The notes beneath the pieces are model-generated. The model worked only from the letters and a program-made list of their open reading frames with translations. It had not been told where the DNA came from and searched no databases. Both the position numbers and the translations under genes were made by a program. 64,000 nt of DNA from a virus, in the IMG/VR virus record IMGVR_UViG_3300017989_005036, positions 11,421 to 75,420 of that record, one strand, 5' to 3'. The first letter of the stretch is position 1; every line of letters begins with the position of its first letter. Below are positions 38,773 to 49,115 of the stretch, piece after piece.

Positions 38773-41513
38773 TCTTCGTCGTCAATGATGTGATAATCAC
38801 TCCTAGGTCTTGTGTGACCTACATACCAAGCATTATCTTCCTGATCTAAGTCAGCCGGAAGTTTTGCTTTTGGATGAGGGTATAAACTTGGGGTGATTTC
38901 AAAGACTCTGTCAAACTCTAATCCTTTAGATTTGTGAGCAGTTGTTAGAATAACTGGATTAAGTTTTCTGAGTTTTTCTTTGTATTCCATTTTTTCTTTC
39001 TTGCTCTTGAATTTTTCTTTCATTCCACCAAGTCTTTGTCTTAGCCAATCTTTAAGTTCTTTGACTGTGATATCGTGTTTGTCTTTGTTTTCGATATCTC
39101 CGATCATATCGATGGCTGATGAAATAGCTTTGTGACCTTCGATCATGTCTTTAAGGTCGCCTTGTTTTTTGACTTGATTACCCCATTTATTTCTTTTCTC
39201 ATCAACAAAATCATTCATGATGTCTTGGAAATCTGCAATGTTGATGTCTTCCCAAACACCTTTTTGCCAGTTCAATACACGATTTATCAAATTGATGACT
39301 TCGTTAGACAAATCCCATCCCATGATTTCAAATGGGATGCCTGCTTTCATAAGTTCCATTGCAGTTTTTGCTAATGGTTCGTTGGTACGTGCCAGAACAG
39401 CAGTTTGTTTTTGAAGTTCTCCTAAGTGTTCCATTTCATTTCCCAATAAATCCATCATGCCAGAAACATCCATTTCACGATTTGTATAGATTTCTGGGTC
39501 AAATGGATCATCTTCTAAACCAGCTTCGATGTCGTTTACAACAGTTCCTTGGTTTGCTCTGTTGATCAATCCCGGTTTTGATCTGAAGTTTTTGGTAAGT
39601 TGTTTAGAGACAGCATTAGGATTTTCTGAATTCGATTTAAGCATATCAGCAATGTCTTGAAACGAAGTTTCTGATGCTCCACGAAATCGATATAAAGATT
39701 GTCTTGGATCGCCTACGGCAACAATTTTAGCACCTGACTCCAAGAGCTTTTCGAGAATCTTTTTCTGAGCAATATTGAAATCCTGAACTTCATCAGCCAA
39801 TACGAAATCGTATTTCTTTGGTTTTGTCCAATCAATTTCATCAGCGTGCATAGCAGCAAACCATAGGTCATCGTCAAAGTCACGCATGCCACGTAAGTTT
39901 TGGGGAATTGGTTGATCTAATCTGGTTGGCATTCCACCATTTCTGGACTTTTCATGTGTCTGGTGAAACTCCTGATCGATGCCATGTGGTATGGATTTTT
40001 GCATGATCCATGAAGCGACTTGAATCATTTCTTCAACAAAATCATGTCCTAGAAAATCATCTATTCCCATAACCTGAGACAGATTATCATTATGGAAATC
40101 TTTGTTAGGGTCTTTTTCTAATTGTTCTTTTGTTTGCTCTAAGGAGCTGTTGATTTCATATTCGCCAATAACTTTTCTTAAATCTTCTTCGTATGTGTTA
40201 CTGGAGGGATTTAAGTTAAATGATTTTAAAAGACCTACTATTTTTTCAACTTCTTTGTTGAATTCTCTCCATATTTTCTTGACCCATTTCTTGGCATATT
40301 TTTCATCTTGAGAGCCTCCCATGTCATCAACATGAAGTATGTTGGCTCCTTTTGTTACAGCACGGTATTGTGGGCCATCCATGATCATTCCCAGTTTGTT
40401 TCCTTTTTTAAGGTTGGGAATGTAATCATAAATCCTTTCTGTAGGATTAATGTTATTTGCATCTAAGACTTTGCCAGCATAGCTGTGCGTGGTCATAATG
40501 TCAGACTTCATGAATTCCGGGAAAGATTCACGTGCTTCTTCTCCATTTTTTGTTCCAAAGACGAGGTAGATCCAATTTTGTCTTTTTCCTCCGAATTCCT
40601 GAGCTAAGTGTTTCAACATTGTTGTTTTGCCGGTTCCAGCTCTAGCCCCAATCATCATGTGAGAATCTTCGCCATTGTGGATTCTTTCAAACTGATCATG
40701 GATTTCTTGTTGCTGAGCGGTTAATTCAAAATTCTTGGACTCTTCTTTGGGGTGATAAAGGTCAATTCCTTCACTTGGTTTTTTGGCTCTTTGTAAAGAG
40801 CCATCAGCTTCTTCACGAGTAAAGATTCTTCCAACTTCTGATGTTGGAACTTCTCCAAAATTATGTATTTTTCCTTTGTAATATGATGCAAAGATCCAAC
40901 TGTTATTGGTTGGATGTTTTTTCAACATCGCCAATTGATCTTTTCTCAGTTTTAATTCTTCATTGTCTACTTGAGATTTTGCCAATATCCAAGGTTGTTC
41001 TTGTTGTTGTGGCTGTTGTTGGCTAATCCCTTGTTGTGGTCGCTGTTGCTGTGGAATTTGAGGTTTATCTGGCTGTCCAACCATTGAGTCAGGAATGATG
41101 TCCTTGGTTTCAGGATGCCACCAGCCTGATTGTCCTGCATATGGTCCGAATTGAATATTGCCTAATCTTCTGTAGCCTTTTTGAGAAGGATCTTCTGATA
41201 ACAAAAAGTACGAAGTGTCATTTTTCATCCATTCACGAAAAGACAATGTTTTTTGAACCATTTTTTTAGGTTCAACTGGTCCTGTGACTGGTTTACTCAT
41301 TTTTACTTTTCTTCTTTTTTCGGCATGATCTTTGATGTCATTCAATACTTTTCCGGGTCTCCACTGAGACATACGTTGCCATCTTTCGAAGTTTACAGGA
41401 TCAACTTCAAATCGGTAGTTTTTACCTTTTATGTTTACGCCGACAGTTCCATTGCCAAAACCATCATTTGACCAAAGAGTAAATACAATGTTATTATTAG
41501 CTTCAACCCACAT
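38769..41513 (-). CDS. UvrD/SF1 helicase with long N-terminal extension
   Basis: ARAGTGKTT, DEVQD, VGDPRQSLYRFRGA, NFRS, ARTN, TAHKSKGLEF, YVGHTR. Confidence 0.9.
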   Translation of the reverse strand: MWVEANNNIVFTLWSNDGFGNGTVGVNIKGKNYRFEVDPVNFERWQRMSQWRPGKVLNDIKDHAEKRRKVKMSKPVTGPVEPKKMVQKTLSFREWMKNDTSYFLLSEDPSQKGYRRLGNIQFGPYAGQSGWWHPETKDIIPDSMVGQPDKPQIPQQQRPQQGISQQQPQQQEQPWILAKSQVDNEELKLRKDQLAMLKKHPTNNSWIFASYYKGKIHNFGEVPTSEVGRIFTREEADGSLQRAKKPSEGIDLYHPKEESKNFELTAQQQEIHDQFERIHNGEDSHMMIGARAGTGKTTMLKHLAQEFGGKRQNWIYLVFGTKNGEEARESFPEFMKSDIMTTHSYAGKVLDANNINPTERIYDYIPNLKKGNKLGMIMDGPQYRAVTKGANILHVDDMGGSQDEKYAKKWVKKIWREFNKEVEKIVGLLKSFNLNPSSNTYEEDLRKVIGEYEINSSLEQTKEQLEKDPNKDFHNDNLSQVMGIDDFLGHDFVEEMIQVASWIMQKSIPHGIDQEFHQTHEKSRNGGMPTRLDQPIPQNLRGMRDFDDDLWFAAMHADEIDWTKPKKYDFVLADEVQDFNIAQKKILEKLLESGAKIVAVGDPRQSLYRFRGASETSFQDIADMLKSNSENPNAVSKQLTKNFRSKPGLINRANQGTVVNDIEAGLEDDPFDPEIYTNREMDVSGMMDLLGNEMEHLGELQKQTAVLARTNEPLAKTAMELMKAGIPFEIMGWDLSNEVINLINRVLNWQKGVWEDINIADFQDIMNDFVDEKRNKWGNQVKKQGDLKDMIEGHKAISSAIDMIGDIENKDKHDITVKELKDWLRQRLGGMKEKFKSKKEKMEYKEKLRKLNPVILTTAHKSKGLEFDRVFEITPSLYPHPKAKLPADLDQEDNAWYVGHTRPRSDYHIIDDED

Positions 41514-41575
41514 GTTCTTATATATTAGCTGGGGGAGCAAAAGTGATTGATACTTAATTAGACTACCTAAATAGG

Positions 41576-42010
41576 TTGCAAAGGAGTTTGATTATGAAAA
41601 ACCAATGGCTTTTAAGAAACAAACAAAGAGCATCCAAGTGGATGTTTTCAGTTAGTGAAAATGCCACGTGGAAATTAAAACCCAGAATTGTTGGGGTTCC
41701 CAATAAACCTAGTTGTCAATTTGTTCTTGGCGAACAAATGAGTGTTGTTTTCCCGGATGTTGTCAATGACATTGAACTCATTACATTTCTGGCTGATTGC
41801 CATTTATCTTTTAACAAAAAGACAAGATTCACTGGTTATTTGAAGCTTTTGGATGCTTCGGTTCAATCGCTGGAAACATGGATGTTCACAAAAATCACAC
41901 CTGTGTCTATCAATTATGCTGATCCAACCGGAATTTATAATGGTGATATTGAGTTAACTTTTCATTTTGATACGAAAGAATATCGAGACTTTAGAGACAG
42001 TTCTTCATAG
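41576..42010 (+). CDS. T4 gp19-like tail tube paralog
   Basis: LKLLD....LETW.F....PVSINY.D......IELTFHFD. Confidence 0.5.
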   Translation: MQRSLIMKNQWLLRNKQRASKWMFSVSENATWKLKPRIVGVPNKPSCQFVLGEQMSVVFPDVVNDIELITFLADCHLSFNKKTRFTGYLKLLDASVQSLETWMFTKITPVSINYADPTGIYNGDIELTFHFDTKEYRDFRDSSS

Positions 42011-42499
42011 ATAAGATTAGTCCGTCTGGTTGTAGCGATGGATAGTTACATCTGTCCGCATGTATGTTGTATCTTGACGCTATAACGAGGTTGTTGTTTA
42101 TGCGGGTTTTGGATCATTCTTAGTGAGTGACAGAACATACGATGCCTCAAAGGCAACAAAAGCCATTAGGAGCCAAAATTGTGTTGATTTTGGTTCCTTT
42201 TTTATTGGCAAAAGACTATCATGTGGTATGATGGTAAATCATTGGATAAAAACCCGATCAAAAAGAGAGCAGCTAAAAGTTGGCGATTGGGTTTATTGGA
42301 AAAGAGAAATCTTTACAGACACTGAATGGACCACCATACTTCTTCAATATGGTGTTGAGCCAATGCGTGTTGTGCAATTCTATTATGACACTAATTTTAG
42401 ACAAGTTAGATTAGAAGTCATTGATTGTAACGGAAATAGCATTATAGGCGTTCGTGCAGATCGTCTTAGGAAAGTAGATAAGGATTTTGAGGCAAGGCT

Positions 42500-43159
42500 A
42501 TGATTGAGGAAATTGATCCTTTTGAACGATTTATTTACAAGATAGCAAATGAGCCTCTGAGGACATATCCATACCCACATTTGATAGTACCATATTCAAT
42601 TGAAGGTCCAGAGTATTATCGCATGATGGGTGACCTGCCTGAAAAATTTGGTGTTCGTCGAGATGAAGTTTATGGAACATCAATAGCAGAAGAGTTGCCT
42701 GACAGGTGGCAACGTTGGTTGGATTTTTTGGAGTCTGATCGTGTGGCGAATTTGTTTTTGAAAAAGTTTGGTTTGTTGTTAGATAGCCATTCAACAAGAT
42801 TTCGATTCCATAGGGATCGGCCCGGATATGAGGTTTCGCCTCATTTAGATGTTTCTACAAAAGCAATCAGTATTTTGATTTATCTTCCCAAGGGAGGTGA
42901 ACCTGATAGGAAAAAATGGGGAACTTCTATTTGCACGCCTAAATGTAACAAAGAATTTGACAGAGGTCACCATAATTGGAGTGATTTCAATGTTGTTGAA
43001 AGGGTTCCTTTTGAACCGTCTATGTTGTTTGCTTTTGCTCCCGGTGAAGATACTTATCACGGAATTAAGGTTAAAGGTGGGATATTGGCACCTGATCGTA
43101 TGGCTTTGAAAGGTTTTATTTTCAGGGAAACAAAGGATCAAAATCCTATTCTAATGTGA
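42500..43159 (+). CDS. 2OG-Fe(II) oxygenase family
   Basis: PYPH, PHLD (HxD), GTS, TYHG, R. Confidence 0.8.
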   Translation: MIEEIDPFERFIYKIANEPLRTYPYPHLIVPYSIEGPEYYRMMGDLPEKFGVRRDEVYGTSIAEELPDRWQRWLDFLESDRVANLFLKKFGLLLDSHSTRFRFHRDRPGYEVSPHLDVSTKAISILIYLPKGGEPDRKKWGTSICTPKCNKEFDRGHHNWSDFNVVERVPFEPSMLFAFAPGEDTYHGIKVKGGILAPDRMALKGFIFRETKDQNPILM

Positions 43160-43336
43160 GAATTTGTTTGAAAGTACTATTTTATGAAGACAAGATGGTG
43201 TGTAAATGCGGCTAACATAGGGACATGGAATGTTCCTCAACACCATGAGGAGTGTTCGATTTTTCGGGCACTCCTTTATTTTTTGCCTTAAACTAATAAC
43301 TATGATTAAGGTAATAGAATTTTTAGGGGGTAAAAG

Positions 43337-44221
43337 ATGGGGTTTGAAGTCACATACCACTATCATGAACGTCAGCAAGACGGAAAATATAACATGGAGG
43401 AAACTAAGGAGTTAAAGAAGCGTATTGGCAAAGCTTTTGAAGAACTCCCGATGGAAAAATTAGCCGCAGTCATTATGGGTGAGTTGGCTCGTAGAGACAT
43501 TTGGATTGTCGATGTAGAAGTCGAAGAATTCATCAAGAAAAAACTGAAGTTCAAAGAATCAAGTGATGGTAAAGGAATCATCATCAAAGGTAAGAAGTTT
43601 TCTTTTGGACAATCTGCTGAATTGATTGCTCAAGATGTTCAGGTAACCGATGCAGATTATGATCCCAGTATGGCACCGGCACCACAGCAATCACAACAGA
43701 TTCAACAGCCGGGAACTGTACCAAAATCACAAAACAAGATTCCTTTGAAGTGGATGATTTTTGATCCACTTCCAGAACTTCAACATGAAGTACAGGCTAA
43801 ACAGCTTGCATTTACAACTGGCAAGAAATACCCAGTATTTGATACACAGGATATGCCAATTGGTTCAAAGGACGGTACACCTGTTTATGGAGAAGTTCTT
43901 TCGACCAGAGACGACAAACATGCTACTGTAGTGGTTTCTGAGAAATACTTTGTACCAGTTCAAAAACTGGTTGGTGATGATGAAGTGGAAGGTGGTTTTG
44001 GAGCCCAGTCAGCTCAATCAGGAGGACCACGGTTGAGTTATTCTAATGAATTGAAAATTGATGCTCCTCAATCAGTTCAAGGTGGCGGGGATATGGGAGG
44101 GATGCCAAATATTAGATCAAGTGCATCTTTGCCAGAAGCTTATAAAGACATACCAATTGATACAGGAGACATACCAGCCGAATATGCTGCTATGCCTGAT
44201 TTAGGAAGGAACGTTCAATGA
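43337..44221 (+). CDS. hypothetical protein
   Basis: 294 aa ORF. Confidence 0.65.
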   Translation: MGFEVTYHYHERQQDGKYNMEETKELKKRIGKAFEELPMEKLAAVIMGELARRDIWIVDVEVEEFIKKKLKFKESSDGKGIIIKGKKFSFGQSAELIAQDVQVTDADYDPSMAPAPQQSQQIQQPGTVPKSQNKIPLKWMIFDPLPELQHEVQAKQLAFTTGKKYPVFDTQDMPIGSKDGTPVYGEVLSTRDDKHATVVVSEKYFVPVQKLVGDDEVEGGFGAQSAQSGGPRLSYSNELKIDAPQSVQGGGDMGGMPNIRSSASLPEAYKDIPIDTGDIPAEYAAMPDLGRNVQ

Positions 44222-44697
44222 ACAGTGAACAACGAAAGCAACAGAAAAAGAAAAAGCGTGAGGAGAAAGTGAAAGCTGCTCTAAGACGCCGTCGTGAAAA
44301 GACACGTCAGGAAGTCAAAGAAGATCGTCAACAGGCATTAGCTGATCGTGAGTTCAGAAAAGAACAAAAACAAATTGAGAAGTTGGAAATGTTGGCAGAT
44401 GAGATCTATGAAAAGTTACCAGCAGAAGTTCAGTCTCAAATTGAGCACAATGTAAAGATTCTCAAGGCTCTTGAAGAAGAGTATGAAAAAGAATTGAGTG
44501 AAAAAGAAAAACTTAATCAGGAACTTGAAGAGCAGGGGCATATTACTCCTGAAGACAAAATGAATGCTTTGAGAGAAATGCATTTGGGTGAAACAGAAGG
44601 CACCGCAGATGTGGAGCTTTTAAAGTCAAAAGCGGATGATCCTAAGAAAATTGGCATGGGCGGGAGTGCAGATTGCACGTTTTCGGTCAATGATTAG
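44218..44697 (+). CDS. hypothetical charged coiled-coil protein
   Basis: ORF coupled to upstream gene. Confidence 0.6.
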   Translation: MNSEQRKQQKKKKREEKVKAALRRRREKTRQEVKEDRQQALADREFRKEQKQIEKLEMLADEIYEKLPAEVQSQIEHNVKILKALEEEYEKELSEKEKLNQELEEQGHITPEDKMNALREMHLGETEGTADVELLKSKADDPKKIGMGGSADCTFSVND

Positions 44698-44737
44698 TGT
44701 TCTAATACAGAATCATAGAATTTTCTACTAAAGTCTA

Positions 44738-44766
44738 TTGACCCTTCTTTCGAAAACAGATATAAG
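44738..44766 (+). promoter_or_regulatory. sigma70-type promoter
   Basis: TTGACC-N17-TATAAG upstream of SSB gene. Confidence 0.55.
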
Positions 44767-44826
44767 CTCACACATCACATCAATGTTGATGAGAGCGATG
44801 TTAAATTTGTTTTACGGAGGACTACT

Positions 44827-45825
44827 ATGTCAGAATTTGGAACGTTAGACCTTGAAGGTGTACAGGAAGAAGAAAAGCGTCTTAAGACAAAGGGCCAAGG
44901 TTCATTCTTGGATCAATTTGTCCCGATGCCGGAAATTAAGCCCGGTGAAGTCGGAACAGTTGAAGTAAGAATTTTGCCTCCCGTCAAAGGTGGAAAGCTT
45001 TTCCAGTACAACCGAGTTCACTCAATCAATGGCCGAAAGGTGAATTGCCCACGACCACTGGTTAATGGTAAATGGGACAGAAACACACCTTGTCCTATCT
45101 GTGATTACTACAATTCTCTCTGGCGTCAGATTGACAAGCTGGAAGATGAAGGTGACACAGATGAAGCAGAACGCCTCAGAAAAGAGGCAAGATCAATCAA
45201 GCCTATTGAACGTTATTACTACAACGCCATTGTCAGAAAGATGACTGTTGATGGTGAACAGCAGCTTAACGTTGGACCAAGAATTCTGTCTGTTGGTAAG
45301 ACAGTTCACCAGATGATCATCCGAGCGATTGTTTCAGATCGACCGGAAGAAAAGCTGGGCGACATTACCAATATCAAGAGTGGCTTTGATTTCATTATCA
45401 AGAAAGAGCTTCGTAGTGGGTATCCCAATTACGACCGCTCTGTGTTTGCCAGAGAAGCAAGCCCACTGGGCGATCAGGAACTTGTTGATCGAATCGTTGA
45501 AAACATGCACGATCTGACCAAGTTCAGAAATCTCAAGCCCATTGAAGAGTTGAAGAAGGAATTGGCTATTCATCGTGGGTTGATTCCTGATGATGCTGAT
45601 ACATTCAATGTCGATGAATTCGATGCTGAATATCAGGGTTCTGACAGCGTCACTAAGACTACTGTCAGCGTGCCGGAAACTGTTGTTGAAGCAACTTCTA
45701 CCGAAACAACCGTTTCGGAAGCACCAGCCCCAACAACAGAAGATGTCGCCACAGAAGACATCTCAGTGGAAAGTGCAGAGTTTCTCGAAACTCTGACTGA
45801 AATGGAGAAAGAACTCGAAGCATAA
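44827..45825 (+). CDS. T4 gp32-like single-stranded DNA-binding protein
   Basis: VRILPP, H...C....CPIC, RYYYNAIVR, G.DF.IKK, PNYDRS.F, acidic C-tail. Confidence 0.85.
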   Translation: MSEFGTLDLEGVQEEEKRLKTKGQGSFLDQFVPMPEIKPGEVGTVEVRILPPVKGGKLFQYNRVHSINGRKVNCPRPLVNGKWDRNTPCPICDYYNSLWRQIDKLEDEGDTDEAERLRKEARSIKPIERYYYNAIVRKMTVDGEQQLNVGPRILSVGKTVHQMIIRAIVSDRPEEKLGDITNIKSGFDFIIKKELRSGYPNYDRSVFAREASPLGDQELVDRIVENMHDLTKFRNLKPIEELKKELAIHRGLIPDDADTFNVDEFDAEYQGSDSVTKTTVSVPETVVEATSTETTVSEAPAPTTEDVATEDISVESAEFLETLTEMEKELEA

Positions 45826-45855
45826 GCTTTGAGTAAACCTCCTGTTGAAGGTCTG

Positions 45856-45887
45856 AAGAGGGCCGGGTTAGCCCGGTCCTCTTTTTT
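45856..45887 (+). terminator. intrinsic terminator
   Basis: gagggccggg/cccggtcctc plus T-run. Confidence 0.8.
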
Positions 45888-45889
45888 CA

Positions 45890-46906
45890 TTGGTGATCAT
45901 GAAATTTGAACAAATAAAATCAAAACCAAATTATACCAATCTTGTTAAAAGCGGATTAGCTGCATGTGATATTTGTGGTGATTTCACAAGATGGATTGAT
46001 ATAGAGCTAAATAAAGCCGTTTGCAGTGAAGCCTGTTGTGAAGCAGCATGGAGAGAATACCTTTCAGGAAATCAATTTCAAACCCTTCAACAAAGATTGA
46101 GATTTTACCAAACTGAAATCAACGCCGAGAATGATCTCATAGAAAAATACAGAGATCGTGTTTATCGACCTTCTATTGATATAAACATTGTTGTCCATAA
46201 TGAATTGGACTATCTCAAGCAATGCATTGAATCCATTGAAATGCATACTGAAAATTACCAGCTATACATTTGGGACAATGGATCTAACGAAGAGACAGAA
46301 GATTATCTGAATTCATTATATGCTCGTGTGATACGCTCTGAAGAAAATGTTGGATTCATTACATCCAATAACATTTTGGCTGCTGAAGGTTCTGGTGACT
46401 ACATTGTTTTGCTGAATTCAGATACTGAGGTTTCCCCGAATTGGGATGTTGCTCTTTGGTCAAGATTGCATGAATTTTCAAATGTATCTCAGGTCGGATA
46501 TTTGGGTGGGTTGCTGGAAGAAAATGGAACAGGTGGTTATACGAATTTTGGAAGTGATATAGATTACGTTTTAGGTTGGGGCTTTTGTATACCTCGTGGC
46601 ATTTATCAAACTTATGGTTTGTTTGATTCAGGGTATCAGTTTGCATATTTTGAAGATGCCGATCTTAGTCTAAGATTGAAAGACACAGGGTCAGAAATTT
46701 ATGCTTTGTATACACCTTTGGTTCATCATTATGGCAATAAGACTGCAAGCAATGTTGAACTTGACTTAAAGAGTCATATTATGTTTAATCATGCACGGTT
46801 CAAGGAGATTTGGAAACATTACTTAGACGCACAGCGTGTATCAGCTCCTCGTGGTCCTAAGATTTGGGGATCACCCGGATTTTCCAAAAAACCAACTCAA
46901 GCTTAA
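45890..46906 (+). CDS. GT2 glycosyltransferase with N-terminal CxxC/CSxxC zinc-finger
   Basis: WDNGS, LLNSD, YFEDAD; N-term CDICG...CSEAC. Confidence 0.85.
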   Translation: MVIMKFEQIKSKPNYTNLVKSGLAACDICGDFTRWIDIELNKAVCSEACCEAAWREYLSGNQFQTLQQRLRFYQTEINAENDLIEKYRDRVYRPSIDINIVVHNELDYLKQCIESIEMHTENYQLYIWDNGSNEETEDYLNSLYARVIRSEENVGFITSNNILAAEGSGDYIVLLNSDTEVSPNWDVALWSRLHEFSNVSQVGYLGGLLEENGTGGYTNFGSDIDYVLGWGFCIPRGIYQTYGLFDSGYQFAYFEDADLSLRLKDTGSEIYALYTPLVHHYGNKTASNVELDLKSHIMFNHARFKEIWKHYLDAQRVSAPRGPKIWGSPGFSKKPTQA

Positions 46907-46956
46907 AGACACAGGCATCGAATATAAGGCGTCATAATTATACAGGGAGAAAAAAT

Positions 46957-48174
46957 ATGGCCAAAAAGAAAACGGTTTCAGAGGAAGATTTGTTTGCGGA
47001 AATTGCGTCTAATACAAACGGCGAGGTTCTTGATCACATAAAGTCAGTAGACTATTATGTCGATACAGGGAATCTCGCCTTTAATTATGTTTGTTCAGGA
47101 AAGTTTATTACCGGAGGAGTTCCGGGCACGAAGCTTGTCGAGATTTACGGGCCATCATCTTCAGGGAAATCATTGGTTGCAAACAATGTTTTGCACGGCT
47201 GTCAGGCAATCAATGGGTGGGCAATTATCCTTGACTGTGAAAATGCAACCAACAAAGAGTTTATGCAGAGAGCTTCTCACGTGGACCCCAAGAAACTTCT
47301 GCGTTACGAGCCACGTACTTTGGAAGAAGCTTTTTTGAAGATTCACAATGTTTGTAGGTGGATTCGAGATTTTGAAGAGAAGAAGAAAATTGAAAAACGG
47401 CCAATTGTTATTGTCTACGACTCTTTGGCATCTTCTCCATGTGCACGTGAGTTGAGAGAAACTGATCTTCCCGAAGATTATAAACCTTCAGATTGGAAGA
47501 AGGTTGTAGGCCGTCAGGAGCAACCGGGTGAACGTGCTCGTGTAATCAGCAATGAACTTCGCAAGTTGAACGCTGTTGTTGGTGAATACGAAGCAACAGT
47601 ATTGTTCATTAATCAGACTCGTGAAAAAATTGGCGTGATGTATGGAAGCCCTGAAACCCGACCGGGCGGTAAGGCTTTGGAGTTTTACGCAACCTGCATT
47701 CTTCGCACACAACAGAAGAAGAAGATCGAAAACAAGCGATTGGAAACTTATGCTGGTGTGAACATGCATTGCAAAAACACAAAGAATCGTACATTTAATC
47801 CATTTGTAGAAGCTGAAGACATAAAGGTTTACTTCAAGACAGGGATTGATCCTGTCAGCGGTTTACTGAAGTGCCTCATTCAGGATGAGCGAATTAACAT
47901 GTATTCAGCAGGCCGATTTGAAGTTCTTCCTGATTATCTTCCTGAAGGCGTTAAAGAATACAAGTTTCAAGCCAAGAAGACCGACAACATTATGAAGGTT
48001 GATCCGATCTTGGATTGTCCGAAACTGGTGGACGCTGAAACCCGAGAGGAAGTGGAAGCGTATTTGGCTCAATTTTCATCGGCTATGGTAAATGCGAGCA
48101 GCGATGACTTTGAAGAAACCGCTGTCACTTATGATGCTGATGGAAATGTTGTTGATGTCGAAGAAGAAGTTTGA
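46957..48174 (+). CDS. RecA/UvsX recombinase
   Basis: DTG, EIYGPSSSGKS, VYDSLA, FINQTREKIGVMYGSPET.PGG.ALEFYA. Confidence 0.93.
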   Translation: MAKKKTVSEEDLFAEIASNTNGEVLDHIKSVDYYVDTGNLAFNYVCSGKFITGGVPGTKLVEIYGPSSSGKSLVANNVLHGCQAINGWAIILDCENATNKEFMQRASHVDPKKLLRYEPRTLEEAFLKIHNVCRWIRDFEEKKKIEKRPIVIVYDSLASSPCARELRETDLPEDYKPSDWKKVVGRQEQPGERARVISNELRKLNAVVGEYEATVLFINQTREKIGVMYGSPETRPGGKALEFYATCILRTQQKKKIENKRLETYAGVNMHCKNTKNRTFNPFVEAEDIKVYFKTGIDPVSGLLKCLIQDERINMYSAGRFEVLPDYLPEGVKEYKFQAKKTDNIMKVDPILDCPKLVDAETREEVEAYLAQFSSAMVNASSDDFEETAVTYDADGNVVDVEEEV

Positions 48175-48182
48175 TTTGACTT

Positions 48183-48210
48183 AAAACAGGGGAGATTGCT
48201 CCCCTGTTTT
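48183..48210. terminator. bidirectional terminator between convergent genes
   Basis: aaaacagggg/cccctgtttt. Confidence 0.75.
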
Positions 48211-48676
48211 ATTTTTTCAAACAATAAGAGCCTGCACCCTTTTTGACGATAGAGTGCCCATCTTTTGTAAGCTCTTTTCTAACAACTGCTAAATGATTGC
48301 AAAGACAAGCGTCAGTGACAGCAAGTGCTTCTTTGAATCTTTCTTTGAGTTCTTTAAGAGACACTGTTTTTCCGTTGAGAAATTGATTTTTAATGTATTT
48401 TTTGATCTTTGCTGCATCTTTAATGATGTTTGATCGAGTCCGCTTTGGGAGCACACGAGAAATCATTTCATATTCAGGATTCTGATTGAAACTTGAATCA
48501 CAAAAAGCTGGTGCTAATTTTTTCAACGGCAATATTTTTTGCTTTTCTTCAAGCAATCTTACCAAAAGAACTTCTGCTTTAAATGTTTCTGAAAATTCTT
48601 CCAACATAGGAAGATTATCCTCTTCTGTCAGAAACTTTCTTTTATCTTTGGTTTTTACTAATAAGCAGGTTTTCAT
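48209..48676 (-). CDS. hypothetical protein, possible C-terminal winged helix
   Basis: ORF (MKTCLLVK start); C-term SLKELK...LC.HL...RK.L...G. Confidence 0.5.
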   Translation of the reverse strand: MKTCLLVKTKDKRKFLTEEDNLPMLEEFSETFKAEVLLVRLLEEKQKILPLKKLAPAFCDSSFNQNPEYEMISRVLPKRTRSNIIKDAAKIKKYIKNQFLNGKTVSLKELKERFKEALAVTDACLCNHLAVVRKELTKDGHSIVKKGAGSYCLKK

Positions 48677-48812
48677 AATATGTTCCTTGGCTAAAATGAG
48701 GTTGACAAGTTCTTGTATTTTAACACACAGACAATTCTGTGTACAGGTCTGTATGATATTCAATATTGTTACTCATACATACAGTACTCTTAAACACCAC
48801 AAGGAGGATTAA

Positions 48813-49115
48813 ATGAGGAACATTTTGATAGCAATTGCATGTGTGGCTGCTTTTGGATTTACGGCATCATCAGCATCTGCCGATGTGCTTTCTATTGATG
48901 TTGGGCCACGTCATCGTCACCACCATCATCACTATTACCGTCACCATGATTATCGACGTGATTATCACCATCATCATTATCACAGGTATAATCGACCTTG
49001 GTATCGTCGATCTTGGAGACCGGATTGCGATAGACGTGATCGATACCGAAATCGCCATCATCACCATTACTACCATAATCGCAGACCCGGTTTACGTTTC
49101 CATTTTAGCTTCTAA
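48813..49115 (+). CDS. secreted His/Arg/Tyr-rich small protein
   Basis: AGGAGG RBS, signal peptide ending ASA, His-rich body, C-term LRFHFSF. Confidence 0.7.
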   Translation: MRNILIAIACVAAFGFTASSASADVLSIDVGPRHRHHHHHYYRHHDYRRDYHHHHYHRYNRPWYRRSWRPDCDRRDRYRNRHHHHYYHNRRPGLRFHFSF

